In this document: in pieces, positions 1 to 13,201 of the stretch
How the letters are laid out: every line of letters starts with the position of its first letter
Position numbering within the stretch: position 1 is the first letter of the stretch
DNA from: Camelus ferus
Lineage: Eukaryota
Assembly (NCBI RefSeq): GCF_009834535.1
Contig: NC_045697.1
Coordinates: forward strand, 14,138,001-14,202,000
Direction of reading: 5' to 3'
Length of the DNA: 64,000 nucleotides
The notes under the pieces: model-generated
The model's database searches: none
Told to the model about the DNA's origin: nothing
The model's input: only the letters and a program-made list of their open reading frames with translations
Program-made: the position numbers and the translations under genes

Positions 1-73
1 TTGCAGCGTATAATGCTGTATATTATATGTTACACATGTACACATATAGATCCTCACTTTTATTGTTTCACCA

Positions 74-198
74 TTTTTATGGGGGGGTCATTTAGGTTTA
101 TTTATGTATTTATTTACTCAAACAGAGGTACTGGGGATTGAACCCAGGACCTTGTGCGTGCTAGGTATGCACTCTACCATTCAGCTATACCCTCCTCC
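74..198 (-). mobile_element. tRNA-derived SINE, camelid Vic-1 type
   Basis: Reverse complement reads GGAGGGTATAGCTGAATGGTAGAG (A box)...GGTTCAATCCCC (B box)...AAATAAACCTAAATGACCCCCCC; homologous to the copy at 48665. Confidence 0.85.
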
Positions 199-249
199 TG
201 TTTCTCTATTTTTGAGCAGGAAAAGCATACTACATATTTATTATTTTAC

Positions 250-395
250 ATCTCATAATTTTTACCAAAACATTTTTAGAAGGTTTTATTTTCTTATTTT
301 TCAGAAATAGAAACTCAGACAGAGAGAAACAGTAAAGTTTCCCAGATTCACAGAGCTAATCAGTGGCAGATCCAGAATTTATTCCAAGTCTGTAT
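250..395 (-). mobile_element. MIR SINE remnant
   Basis: gaaactcagacagag...cccagattcacagagctaatcagtggcagatccagaattta resembles the MIR core; boundaries approximate. Confidence 0.6.
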
Positions 396-3300
396 AAAGC
401 TCATTTTTTTAATCACTAAACTACAAATTTTTTCTCTATGTCTGTACATATACAAAACATAAATACCTCTTGGGGAGAGCTATTTCAGCTTTGGCATGTG
501 GATTTTTTTTATAGTTTGTGAAAATAATTTAATTCGAAAAATACTGAAAAGAATGCCGAACCATTGAAAGCTAGTGAGCTGAAAGTGTCATTTAAAATAA
601 ACTAACATGGTTAAATATAGTGTAAATGTCTTCAGAACTAGTTGGAGCTTTTGCATGCCCAGTTACACTGTGTTGTATGCTTCACTGATGTAAGATGTGC
701 TCATTGCTGACCAGAGGAGAGTGTTTACATGCCACACAGCCCAGTTATACCAGCATGTCATTTCCATGTTCTAAGGGTCTGCAGTATTACAGCAGGATGA
801 TTTACCGATCATTTCCCATTTTCTGCCATCTTTGAAATAGGCACCAGAAAGTGATATATTGGTAACAGTTCATTCTTTAGGAACTCTAAAAGTGTGAAGA
901 CATGTATTTTTGAAAGATAGCAGTAATTAGAGAGCAAGAGAAAAACATATATGGCAGTGGGGAGGGAAGATCTTTATGGGTTAAACATACTTTTGAATTT
1001 TTTGATTGGAGCAGTTAGAAGACTGTGTCCTAACTAAAACTGAACTTCTAATAAACTTTCCAGCTGGTTTTGATGAAGTGGTAACAACAGATTGCTTTAA
1101 GATGTACATACACACAGTGATAAAATGTGTTGGAGTCGTTCACATACATTCTGTGGAGGAAAAGTTCCTGGCGCCTTATATATGAAAAAGTCTTTTTTCA
1201 TAGTATGCGGTTATAAAATTTTCTCCCTCTAGTTTTCAGTTTTCTAAATACATGTTTACTTTGCAATTCAAAATATTAAATTTTCTTTCTATGAAGGACC
1301 AGCTCCAGGAAGGCTCTTAAATCTAGTGGACGTTTGCTACAGCTTGCAAATACATCTCAGCCATTACACTATCTGTTTTGGTAACTCTGGAATGTTTTAA
1401 ATCAGATTCTTCATGGAACAATGAATTCAAATTTGTTCTGTATAAAATTCAGCAGATTCTGTGCTGTTAGAGTAGAAGATGAGAGGATAGCAAAGCTAGA
1501 AACTGTAAATTTCATTTGCTTCCTTTTAACCTTCACCTGAAAATGCTAGTATTTTTCTTCCTTATTTTTTATAATCTAGTTTTAACACGTCCCCTCTTTT
1601 TTTGGAGGAAGAGCAGCATTTGAGATGTGTCCTGTTTGTAGTTTGTCAAATATAAAGTTCTTGTAATGAAAAACAAAAATTCTTTATCCTGGAGCCCTAA
1701 AAGTTTACAGGAAACGTGTATTAGTTTAGTTTTCCACTGAAGACAAGAAAATAGACATTTTAAAATATTTTAAAATTTACTGTTTGACACCTGGCAGTGG
1801 CAGAATATTTTCCTGCTTGAGAATCTTTCTCTGTGAATGAAGAGGCAGTTATGTTGTGTCTTAGCAGACTGCTGAGACAGTGGCAGAAACACTGATCAGC
1901 TCCTGAGTGAATATAAATAACCAAGTAAGCTTTGTTTCAAATACTTTTTTTTTTTTTTGGAACAAGGTTGGAAGTAAATAGATAAGTAAAGAAAAGCAAG
2001 TAAATCCATTGTGCATGTCGTTGTTCAGCTTTCTGTTGCATTTGTTGTAAATGAAATGGTTTGCATGTGGAGATTAAATCATGGTATATCGCAATAAGGA
2101 ACAACTCATGCAGCTTGGCTGTATTAGATTTGAGTTATTATTTTTGCATATAAAAACTAATACCATTTCATCACAATTTCTCTTTGTTTATAACTTTGTG
2201 AGCATTCATTTTTCTAAAAAAGTATATGGCCCCACTTACTATATCTTTTGTTTTTTTGTTTTAGCAGAAATATTTATCAATGAAATTAACTGCAGATTCA
2301 ACACATAAACTAAGTTGCAGTCAAATATATTTGAATGTCATTAGAACAATTAGTGATCATTATAAGTATTCTAGGTTCTGAGACTTTGAAATAATAGGTG
2401 AATTTTTAAATTTCTAAAGAAACTATTCAATTATATTAAATGATAGAATTAGTTTGACCACATTTGTGAGTTAATATTATGGACATTTCAGAAGTCTTAG
2501 TGCTGAATATGGTATTTTTTAAAGGTATTGAACAAATTAGTTGGAAATATACCTGTAAAATTAGACACTTAATCAATAAAACCTCCATGAGGGTATAAAC
2601 ATATCTGCTTTCGATCTCCATTGAATTGCAATTATGTAATATAATATCTTGCACAGGGTAATCAGTAAATATTTGCAGGTTGAATTAATAAAAATAAATA
2701 ATTGCTGATTCCCTTATTTTCAAGAACCTGACATAAAATTTGCAAAAAGTAATTGCATGATCTAGTTTTGCATTAGTGTTCAAAGAAACCTACTAGACAC
2801 TAAGAGTTTTTTTTCTCGTTGTAACATTATTGAGCGAATCTTTAACAACATGAAATGACATTTCAGTGGCCTAGGTTTGAAGACAGTCCTCTGATCAATA
2901 ATATTCTATCCATAGCTTGTTTTCACTAAATTTTCATTGATTACATTTTAAACTTCTTAAAATCCAACTGCAAGAATGGATCACAGCAACAACAACAAAA
3001 AGTGTCTCTAAACTATCAGTTCCTAACGTTCTAGTCAATAATGTAACAGTGAAATGATTCAAATAGCCTTTGCTATATTTAGAGGTGTTGAGAAAGCACC
3101 CTTTCTTAAGACTCAGATAAATAACCCAGATGCTAAATCCATATTTTCTTCATACAATTTATTTCTTGTCTTCTAGGGTAAATCTGCCCCTTAGGAACCA
3201 ATAACTGGAAGGAGGCAAGGGACGTGTGAAAAATGAACAGAATACAGTGAGATAAAAGAGAGGTGTTTGGAAGAGAATGCCCTTGGATAGAAAGAGACAG

Positions 3301-3879
3301 TTAACCGTATCTAAGAAAATAAAGGAAGGCTTCAAAAGGAGGCCATGATTTAGTTGTCTTAAAATAACTAAATAATATTATTAATAATGATGTAAAATTA
3401 TTATTAACTTAAATGGCTAACAAATGGGGAATGATGGATGAAATATGGTCCATTTTGGGATAATTGAATGTTACAAAAACATTAAAAATAATGTCTTTCA
3501 AAAAATTTAATGATATAGGAAAACATAGATGATACGATATTTAATGGAAAAGATTCAACTTAAAATTCTCTACACCATGAGATTTCAATTATGTAAAGTA
3601 AATATGCATGCAAAAAAACTAAAGTGAAGTTCACTGATCTTAGTAGTATATTATGACTTTAACTTTCTTCCTTAAGTATTTTGTAAATAGCTTAAGCTTA
3701 AATTTCTCTTTAATATGAACAAAATAACTTCTGTTTTTTGGAGGGGGAGAATTATGCCTTAACATTGCAAGTTAGAGAAGGGACTGTACCTCTTGTAGGA
3801 GAAAAGAAGAGGCAGGAACTTGGGGATTAGCTCAATTTGGACGACTAGAAAGTGAAGCCATAAACTGAGAAAAAGTAGA

Positions 3880-4030
3880 CTGAGAATCAGCATCATACAG
3901 TGTCACCTCCAAGGGAAGAATGATTGTTCACAATATCAAATGCTACAGTGAGTTCAAGAGTAGTGAAGACTGAGGAAACCCACTGCCTATAGAGAATGGG
4001 AGGTCAGAGGGTGAGCCCTGAGAATGTTGA
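3880..4030 (-). mobile_element. LINE-2 fragment
   Basis: tcaaatgctacagtgagttcaagagtagtgaagactgagg is an L2-like motif; boundaries approximate. Confidence 0.5.
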
Positions 4031-4274
4031 AGAAAACAGGCTCAAACGATCAAACAAAAGATCAAAATTTAGGCAATTTGACTTAACCTCCATTTATTTT
4101 GATCTGATGTTCATTAAATGTTTGTAATATATATATGTCAGAGTATTACCAGTATTCAGTAAAGATGAGTCAATGTATAGGACATATATAGTCTATTACG
4201 TATATTATATTTATACATAACTACATCAGTATAAATGTACAGATGTATGTATGGGCGTGTATATGTATTTTTTA

Positions 4275-4720
4275 AAATTCAGGCAGGAAAATGGAACTCA
4301 GGCCAAGTATTTCAACAGAAGGATTTAATATGACGAATGAGTTAAACAGTTGTAGGAAGTGACACAGAGACTAGAAAGCTGCTTCCACCTCCAGGGCTAC
4401 AAAGAACTAAGGAAGTGACGTTATCCGAAGCCAGGAGCTGGCCCTTAGCAGGAGCTTAAGTTAACAAAGAGATGAGACCATTGCGGAGGACGTCCCCTGG
4501 CGCAGAAAACGGGAGACTAACCCAACTACCCCTCCTCTTCCCACCTTCAGTCTCCCACCAGTGCCTTTCACCCACCAAGTCTCACAACAGCCAGTCAGCA
4601 AGTGAGCCTGGGATAGGTGGTTCAAGGAGTCATGCCCCTGGGATGCAGAGCAGAAGCGAGGAGAACGGGATGGAAAATACTAGGATTTTCATACGGGTAG
4701 AAATGAGGCTTACAGGCAAC
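4275..4720 (-). mobile_element. Ancient ERVL-type solo LTR (LTR33-like)
   Basis: caggaaaatggaactcaggccaagtatttcaacagaaggatttaata and cttcccaccttcagtctcccaccagtgcct resemble LTR33 as I recall it; GC content is raised relative to the flanks. Confidence 0.55.
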
Positions 4721-5518
4721 ATTTTTTTTTTTTGATAGACTAAAATATTTACCAAAACACTTTATTTCAATATGTTATTTTGAGTCTTTCATTGCTAGGT
4801 TGGTAAAATTGAGCTGAATCATGGAGTAGATAATGTTAGAGGGTTATTTTCAACTCTCAGATTTTAGTGCATCATAAAAATACTTCGGTTGTGTTTAAAT
4901 GCACTTTGCTGCGGTGGTTTCCACATGAAATATTCACGTAATGGATTGACAGAGTACAGACAGTCTTACTGAAAATATCTATAGCACTTGTGGATTTAGA
5001 ATTTAAACTTTTTCCTCAGAAGAAGCTTCAAAATTAATTTTCTGCGTATGCCATTTTTTCAACCTATAGTATGCTTTCTATAGAGGAAAATGTTTATAAA
5101 ATTTAATATTCCACAATAATTTCTTTTCTGGAAGAATTATAACTACCTCTAAAGAATGTTCTACACCCATTCAGTGTTACAGTGTATTTTTCTTGCTGAT
5201 ATTGAAGTTAGTAAAATGTATTCCCAGCTTAGTTTCTTACAGGTGTTCTCTCTTTTATACGAAGTCCAGCCTTAAATATTAATAAACCTGCAATACCTAA
5301 AAATCAGAATATTTTATTGCTTTCACATTTGTTTTTATTCCCAGTCTTGCTCGACTTTTAGGGCACAGCAAGCACACTGAATTTTAGTAGTCTTGTTTTG
5401 AGAAAAAAAAGAAAGTATCACTCTTGAAATACGTCACCTTTGCTTCTTGACATGGCTTGAATTAAACATATCTGAGAGCTCCCATTTCTATTTTAAAAAT
5501 GGATTTTTTTCATTGCAG

Positions 5519-5590
5519 ACGTTTGGAACAGAACTCAATCAAGGTCATCCCTCCTGGAGCTTTCTCACCGTATAAAAAGCTTAGAAGAAT
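5519..5590 (+). CDS. SLIT2: SLIT2 exon 10 (72 nt), LRR D2: (I)[23 protein letters not shown](I)
   Basis: Acceptor ttttcattgcag|, donor |gtgagt; one LRR unit, phase 2-2. Confidence 0.96.
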
Positions 5591-6096
5591 GTGAGTGAAT
5601 AATATTCTGAAATCAATGTAATTTTTAAAAAATTATACAGGTCATGACCATGCAGAGACACCCATTTAAGTATGAATATTTAAATGTTTGACAGCTTAAA
5701 TAAGAAGCAGTGTGACTATCTGATTGCTAGTTCTATAATATTGTAATGTTAAAAGCCAAACTATTCATTTTTTTAAAGTTCTCTGTAATTCAGCATATTA
5801 ATTCACGCTAGCATGAATGGATGTGGTCAATATATTACACAGCTGCATTCTTAATATTCTAGTTTCAAAAATAAGACATAGGTCATCCTTAATAATAATT
5901 TAGGAAAACAGCCAACAGTTGATTAAAACGTGTGATTTTTTAAAAATTTAGGATGCTTCACATGTTTCATGTTGTAAATGTTATACATGTACTGATAGGT
6001 GCAAAACTGACATGTAACAGCAATAAATAGCTTTCTCCTGCGGTAAATCTCACTGACTTTCTATTTAATTTAACCTAACCCTATTTTTAATCTTAG

Positions 6097-6168
6097 CGAC
6101 CTGAGCAATAATCAGATCTCTGAGCTAGCGCCAGATGCTTTCCAAGGACTCCGCTCCCTGAATTCACT
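6097..6168 (+). CDS. SLIT2: SLIT2 exon 11 (72 nt): [23 protein letters not shown](L)
   Basis: Acceptor tttaatcttag|, donor |gtaagt; in frame with exon 10. Confidence 0.96.
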
Positions 6169-8184
6169 GTAAGTATTGACCACATCATGGAAGGAAAGCA
6201 GAATGCACGATGAACAGTGGCTTTATATTTTATATTTGGATTTAAAAAAATACTCCTTTAAGTTTTTTTATTATGGATTATTAATAATAATTATTAGATT
6301 CATTAACGAATGTCATCATTTTTATGGAGAACTGCTCCCTATCACTGAAATCAGCCAATGGGGTATATATTTTAGGATTTGATAGTTAGAGAGCAACAGC
6401 CCCCCTTTTGGACAGTGCTGTCTTTCTGAAGTAAAGGGAAAATGTTTATTTTGGCGTGCTCTTGTCTGTGCTGTTTATAATCCTTAAGCCAATAGCTGCT
6501 GTCTCTGGGGATGCTATCGGTTCCTTTAGAACGATGCTGAGTGAAGTCTTGCAGAGAACAGTTGAAGATGGCCAGTAGGGGCCCCTCAACCCTCTGCTTC
6601 ATCACCTTAAGACTTCCCTGAAAGAACCAGCTTTAATGTCTCAAAGGACAAAGATAAGAGGGTATGACAGCTTTTTAATGTCAAAGGGACTTCCAGGGAG
6701 ATAGCTGTGAAAACTAAAGTGGTTCTATTGTGTATTTATAAAGGCTGTTTTTCCTTCAGACTTGTGCAAAATCTTCAGAAGTCCGCCAAGAAGAGTAACC
6801 TTTATTTCAAAGTTTAATTTTAAAGTTTGAAAATGAAGCCTGTTTTTTTTTTTTTTTGCTTTTGAGTCGATGCTTAGAGAAGGGTTCCTATTGATGTAAA
6901 TTACTGTAGGGCTCTTAGGAATTTCAGAAGTTGACGGTAACCAGTGAGAATTTAAGGATACACCTGTGTGAACACCTGGGGTTTGTATAACAGTTTACAC
7001 TCATACCAAGGGGACGAGATAGACCCACCCACCTAGGCATATGAATGTTCAGGTGGCTAGGCTGGTCTGCTCAGAAAAATGCAATTTTCTTTGAAGAAAA
7101 GAAAATCTAGAAAACTATCACTTCACCTGCAGTATCTGCCTAAGTTCGTTTTTGTTTTTTTGTTTTGTTTTGTTTTGGGCTTTTTTTTTAATAGATGAAG
7201 TCCAAAACCAGGGGAACACCTGTTGGCAGAAAATGTGAAGTGCAGTCATGCATTGCCCTCGGGGTAGGCTGTCAGATTGTAAAATCACAAAGCTCAATGA
7301 AAACTCTATTAAATCACCCAAATTGTCCCTCAAGTACTGTGCATACCTTCCTGGGCAGTAATACTATCCAAGGTAAACACAGGTAACCTCCCAGCCATAC
7401 AAAAGGACAGAATAAAAGTCAAGTCAGTATACAAATTCCTGGTGCTTCAAGCATCTGTGACCCAAAGATAACCATTAAATGTCAAAAAAAAAAGGGGGGG
7501 GGGGCGAAGGATGGAGAATTATTTATATCTGCTTGCAGAGTTTACTTTTAAGTTCTGTTGCCTTAATAATGTTGACACTTGTGGTTGTGAGAATTAAATG
7601 ATAAAAAGAAACAGTAAAATAAAGTAGACAATAAATTAATTATATTATTTATCACAGTGAATTACATTATATTTATTAAAAATATATTATAATTAATGAT
7701 TATAACTTATCATGTACTAATCAATATACACGTGATAAACTAATGGCAAATAGTAAAAGAAATGACAACATGTAGGAGAACACGCTAGCTGAATTGGGAT
7801 CTTAATCTTCGTGATCAGGGCTCTCATGTACACAGTTCTTTTGGAAAACAGAAGAAAAGTATGATTTTTCCTTGTGGGAGTGCATTTTAGCCAGGGCGTT
7901 AAATCACTGAGGAATTTCCAGTTCAAACCATAGCAGTACCTGGAAAAATAAGAACTGCTCTCCAGAAATGGCGTATTCATGTAACACCTTAAAACATTAT
8001 AAAACAAACCAACTAGGAGAGAATCAAATCGCTCTACTATCATAGAGAAAGTCCACATATTATAACTGGTACCATTTTCCTCATTGTGTTCATGTTCCAG
8101 ATTGGCCTCCCAAAGGTTAAATTATTTACCCCCTCCAAAAAGCATATAACTACCCAGATTTGCAGTAGCCCTTTTCGTCACATA

Positions 8185-8660
8185 AACACAATCAGCAGAA
8201 ACATATTGGGCCCCTCCGGTGTCCTCATCCCCATGTGAGGCTCTGAGTAGGCGTGCGTGAATGAAACACAAAAATTCCTCCCTCATGGAGGTGATCCGTG
8301 ATAACTGTACAATGGACAAAAAATATAGTACATCTGATGTACTATGCACTATGAAGGAAAATTAAGAAAGGAAAGAGGGTAAGGAATGCCAGGGGAGAGG
8401 AGAGTTGACATTTTAAGTAGAATGATTCACAGAGGCCCCCAAGGAAGTGATATTGAGCAAAGATCGGAAGTTGCAATCATAGGAGTGAGCTGTGCAGGTA
8501 AGTAGAGAAAGAGCATTCAGGACACAGGGGACAGCTAATATTAGGGCTCTGAGGCAGAAGGATGCTGAGTGTTTCAGGAAAGAGGAAGAAAAAGTCATTA
8601 TGACCAGAGGGGAGCAGATTCCAGAAAGGCGTGAAGTGACTTGGGAGTGTGGAGATAAAC
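8185..8660 (-). mobile_element. LINE-2 3' region
   Basis: cctccctcatggag...aggaagtgatattgagcaaagatc...gagcattcaggacacagggg is typical antisense L2. Confidence 0.65.
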
Positions 8661-9246
8661 CTGCAAGACTGATACAGATGGGCAACATTTCTTTTTTTAA
8701 ATGAGATTTTTTACTTATTCAGTTTTCTTCTATATATCTTTCTGGACCTGTATTCAGTTATTTAGCCAGCTTAGTTTAATTACTACATTTGCTAAAGAAG
8801 TGAAAATACTTAAAGACGATATGATGCCTAATGCATTTTATTTAATAAATTACTTTGTTGTTACCAAACTAGTATATCTTAGAGACAACTGGTCTTGATC
8901 TGTTGAATGTTTTTTAAGGTCTCTCCTGTTAAATTCATTAACATTTATTTATTTTTATTAATTTTTTTATATATTATTATATATCATTAGTATATTGACA
9001 TACTTATTATATAACATATTACCTGTAATTAACAAAACATCATTCAAGATACATGCATCTGTGAAATCATTTTATCCTCAAGGCTTTTTCTTGCCTTCAC
9101 TGTGACATCAACAAAATTTCCATAATATTTAATCATCATTTATTAAGAATTCAGCATTAAAGTACACTTAGCATTGTCTCTAAGTTTTTCTTTTTCATTT
9201 ACTGGTTGAAAACTTCCCTTTATTTTAACAAAATCAGAAGCGCTGT

Positions 9247-9410
9247 AGCAGTGTAGCAAGTGGCTAAGCATATAGCGCCTGGAACCCTGGGTGGCTTGTA
9301 TTCTGACGCAGGCTCTCCTAGGTACGTGGAGCTAGTTCCTAATTTCCTGTGCTTCCATTGTCCCCTCTCTAAGGTGGGAACAGGATTATTCCTCTCCTGG
9401 CTTTGTTAAA
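9247..9410 (+). mobile_element. MIR SINE
   Basis: gcagtgtagcaagtggctaagcat...ctgtgcttccattgtcccctctctaaggtggga. Confidence 0.6.
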
Positions 9411-11699
9411 GCACAGAGGAAGCTTTCCAGAGATAATGTATATGACCGTGATACATTCTCCTGATACTTAAACCAATTTGTATGTTTCTGGGTTTTAATT
9501 ACCCAGGGAATTTTTATGCCCATGATCCTCAGGTTTTCAGTCACCTTTCCCAGACTACTGTAGTTCACTAAATCTCATTTCCTCTCTTCACTCACCAGCT
9601 CCCAAATTCCACCGGGGTCTATAGTGAAAGGCTTGATTGCTGCGTTTGCATTTCCTGCAGGCTCTTGGACTGATGTTAACTCTTCTGCAGGACCTTGCAT
9701 TTTCCACTGGTTTTCAATGAAACCCTAGCGACCTCTGCCTTCTCTTTACTGTACTCTCTTTCAAATTGCCTAGTCTTTTAATTCAAACAAATATTAATCA
9801 AATACACATGGCTTTTCATTTGTAAGTATAGCTTTCTGACACTTGTTTGGTTAATAAAGCCTGCCCTTAGCACCTTTTTCATGATAGCCATCATATAGGT
9901 TTCTATTTGGGGCATTTTTTTTTTTCTTTTAAGTTGAAGTTTGGTGTTTTGCCAGCTTTCACAAAGGCAGGAGAAGCCGAAGACTGGCCAGCAGTGGTTG
10001 CTGTGTCTTCCTGTCCCAGTATTGAAACTCAGCAGAGTGAAACTGGTTTTAATATTCTTCTTAGCCTTCCTTCTAGTAGCAGGTACAAAATCTGCCTTGA
10101 GATTTCCCCATTGTTCCAAAGGACTGTAAGAAGTTCTCTATGAGCATAATAGTACACCGTATACCGTATGCAGAATATAGTATGCAGTGTAAGAATATAT
10201 AAGAAAACTGTAGCAAAGCTACGCACCGTGTCATTCTTGGCGTTTGGATATTATCCATATCCCTCATGTATTTATTTTCTTTTCATTTAAATTCATTTTT
10301 ATCTTTGGATTCTTTTTTTTTAATTTTCCTCCTCTCTTATGAGCTTAGCAAGATTCTCACTGGCCTTCTTGCACTTTGTATCTTTCTGTGATAATATGCC
10401 TTTCCCTCATTTTTATAGATTTTGGCCTTATTTTCTTGGCTGCCATCCAATTTTTATGTCCTGCTCTTTGGATTTTTGCTATTTTTTAAATTCCTTTTTC
10501 CTTCCTACCGTTTTGATCTCCCTGTGGGTAAGAAAACCATATTCAGCCCTAGTACTGCTATACCTTTTTGTGGATAAATCACATCCCCACAATATCTAGC
10601 TTTCCTTTATTGTAGTATTTTTAAGGCAGTCATTGTACCCAATACCACCTACACTTACAGATTTCCTACATCTTTTTGTGACTTCTTTTTTTTCCCTCAT
10701 GTGTCCAAATTGTCTCATTAATAGTAAGCATCTATTTTTTTTAACATGACCTTCAAGAAAACAGAATAATTTGTTGGAAAAGAAAATATTTTCACCATGT
10801 AAGTCTGACACCCCTCCTGGCTGGTCCTCCTTTCAAGCTGTTTGAGCCAACCTTTGGAACAGAAGTCCCAAGTCAACAACCTACTGAACCATTCATCCCT
10901 TGATGCTGATGTGGGTTCCCCCACAATTTGTTTGCATCCTGTCTTCCTTTTAGCTCTCAATAGGTTCAAAATGTGAAACTCCTTCAATATTCAAAAGAGC
11001 CCTTTGGGGTGGCTCTTTGAAGCCATTTATTCATTTTAGTTGTATCAGTGGTTGGCATACGGGAAAATGGTGGCCATTGAACAAGTAACAGTTGGATTCA
11101 GTTTAATTGGGTACCAAGCTTCGAACCTGGCAAAGTTGCCGGCACATAATGAGGGTACAGTATCTATTGCTGAATGCATTGATTGAATGGTATTGAACTG
11201 AATGTCTTGAATCAGTGCTGTCTTGAACTGACCATTTGTTTCCTAAAATTCTCCTATTCTTGACCTTAAAACATGTATTTATTATTGCTTTATCCTTTCT
11301 TAATTCCCTTACCTGCTTGGCCCTGACTGGATCTCTCTTTCATTCTTGATTTTTTTAAATTGTTTCTTCCCTAATCGACTTAATGTTTTTAAAAAACATT
11401 TATGTTCTGCACAAATGAATGTTCATGCCATGCTATATAACCGTACCCCTGAAATCTATACAAATGGAAGGTCTCTGTACACAGCACAGCAGCCAGCTTT
11501 ATTTACTCCCTTGCGAGTTTTCTTCGTAATTGTAATAAATCTCATCTGCCGCTGACATCTTAAAAGGGAACAGCTTTTCCTCACTCTGACTCATCTCTCT
11601 TGTATGGTTATTTTCCTTCCTTCCAAACAGAAGTCATATACAGCTGCCAAACATATTAATTATTTTGATTCTCATTCCACCTTTTCCTTTTCATTTTAT

Positions 11700-12420
11700 G
11701 ACATCCATTTGTTTTTTCCAAAAGTAATATATGCCCATTATAGAGAATATTTTAAAAAATAAGGAAAATATAGATAGATACAAATTCAAATGACCTCTGG
11801 ATGGCAAATCATCTGCCAGCCAGAGACTTTTCACTTTTTTTCTATGTATATATTTTTTTCTAAACAAATTTAAAGCTATACCATAATATATTCTTTTGTA
11901 TTATGCTTTTTAAACTTAATATTAAATCGTGAACACTTTCATGTCACTAAAAATTCTTCAAAACATGAATTTTATCAATGTGAAATATACATTTAGCTAA
12001 CCCCCTTTTTAGGGACTTTGATACATTTAATTTATATTTAATTTTTCACTGTTATAAATTATGCCATGATTAACATTTGGTATATTGCGCTTGTCTCCAA
12101 TTATTTTCTTAACCTCTTGAGGGAAACTACTAAGTTAAAATTTATAGAAACATCTTTATGGTTCAATATGTTGCCAAATTGTCCCTCTAAAAATATAATT
12201 TTCTACATTTTCCTACACATGATTGTGGTCCCCTACCTTCCTTTGGAAGCTGAGAATAAATGGGTACCATTGCAGACCCATGGGTATCAATAGCCAACAT
12301 GATGAGTCAGCCATTTCCATTTATTTGAAATCTCATCATTTCACCCCTTTTGTGAATAAGGTAATTCATTTCTTAATTTGTTCCTCTGCTAATCTATTCA
12401 TTGTACTCTTCAAACAATAC
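11700..12420 (-). mobile_element. Old L1 (L1ME-like) 3' fragment
   Basis: T-rich degenerate sequence with tttttcactgttataaattatgccatgattaacattt and atgttgccaaattgtccctctaaaa; boundaries approximate. Confidence 0.5.
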
Positions 12421-12810
12421 TCACTCATCAGTCCAATGTTAGAACATCACTGTGTGCCAAAACCTAGGCACCAGGTGTGCTGCAGTAATTAGGTCACGGT
12501 CCTTGCCCTTGGTGGCCACGCTAGTGGCTGATCAGGGGCAGGCGCAGGAGGATGCCTTCCTATTCCTGTTTCCTCAGGGAACATACATTTAAAAAACTGT
12601 CCTTTTTCAGTATTATCACTCTCTTTGCAAATCTTACGTTTCCGAAGCGTATACATTATACGTTTAAAATGAAAATGTTACTGTTATGTGGATCCCTTTC
12701 ACTATTTGCCATTATGATAATCCCAAAAGTCATCCCTTTAATGAACAGTGGATTCCACATGTAGTGTTCGCCTTCATTATACACTGTGTGCTGTCGTTAC
12801 ATATGAACTT

Positions 12811-12837
12811 TGTGTGTGTGTCTGTGTGTGTGTGTGT
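12811..12837. repeat. Interrupted (TG)n microsatellite
   Basis: tgtgtgtgtgtctgtgtgtgtgtgtgt. Confidence 0.85.
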
Positions 12838-13129
12838 AGAAAAACATGACAGTTTTAACAGTGAACATGTCTATGAAAAGACAATAAAATTATAAATTGT
12901 GTTAATTTATCTGTTTTCCTATGTTTTCCAAAGTTTCTACCATAAGCATAAATCTAATCTATCATCAGAGAGAAAACATTTGCAAATTGAAGCTTGCTTA
13001 CTCAGCTATGACTCCTATGATGTATGGAGTGCTTCGTAAGCTCCTGTATGCCTGAATACATATGTTTTAGGTGGATTTGTTTTGCTGGTTGGTGTCTAAT
13101 GTTTTTCCACTTAAATCATGTTTTTCCAG

Positions 13130-13201
13130 AGTCCTCTATGGAAATAAAATCACAGAACTCCCAAAAAGTTTATTTGAAGGACTGTTTTCCTTACAGCTAC
13201 T
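13130..13201 (+). CDS. SLIT2: SLIT2 exon 12 (72 nt): [23 protein letters not shown](L)
   Basis: Acceptor tttttccag|, donor |gtaagt; LRR consensus. Confidence 0.96.

Noticed and set aside
121..198. tRNA-like sequence with A and B boxes
   Set aside because: It is the head of a SINE with the family tail attached and a second copy at 48665, not a tRNA gene.
7484..7504. A-run fused to a G-run
   Set aside because: Simple homopolymers that are prone to slippage and sequencing error.
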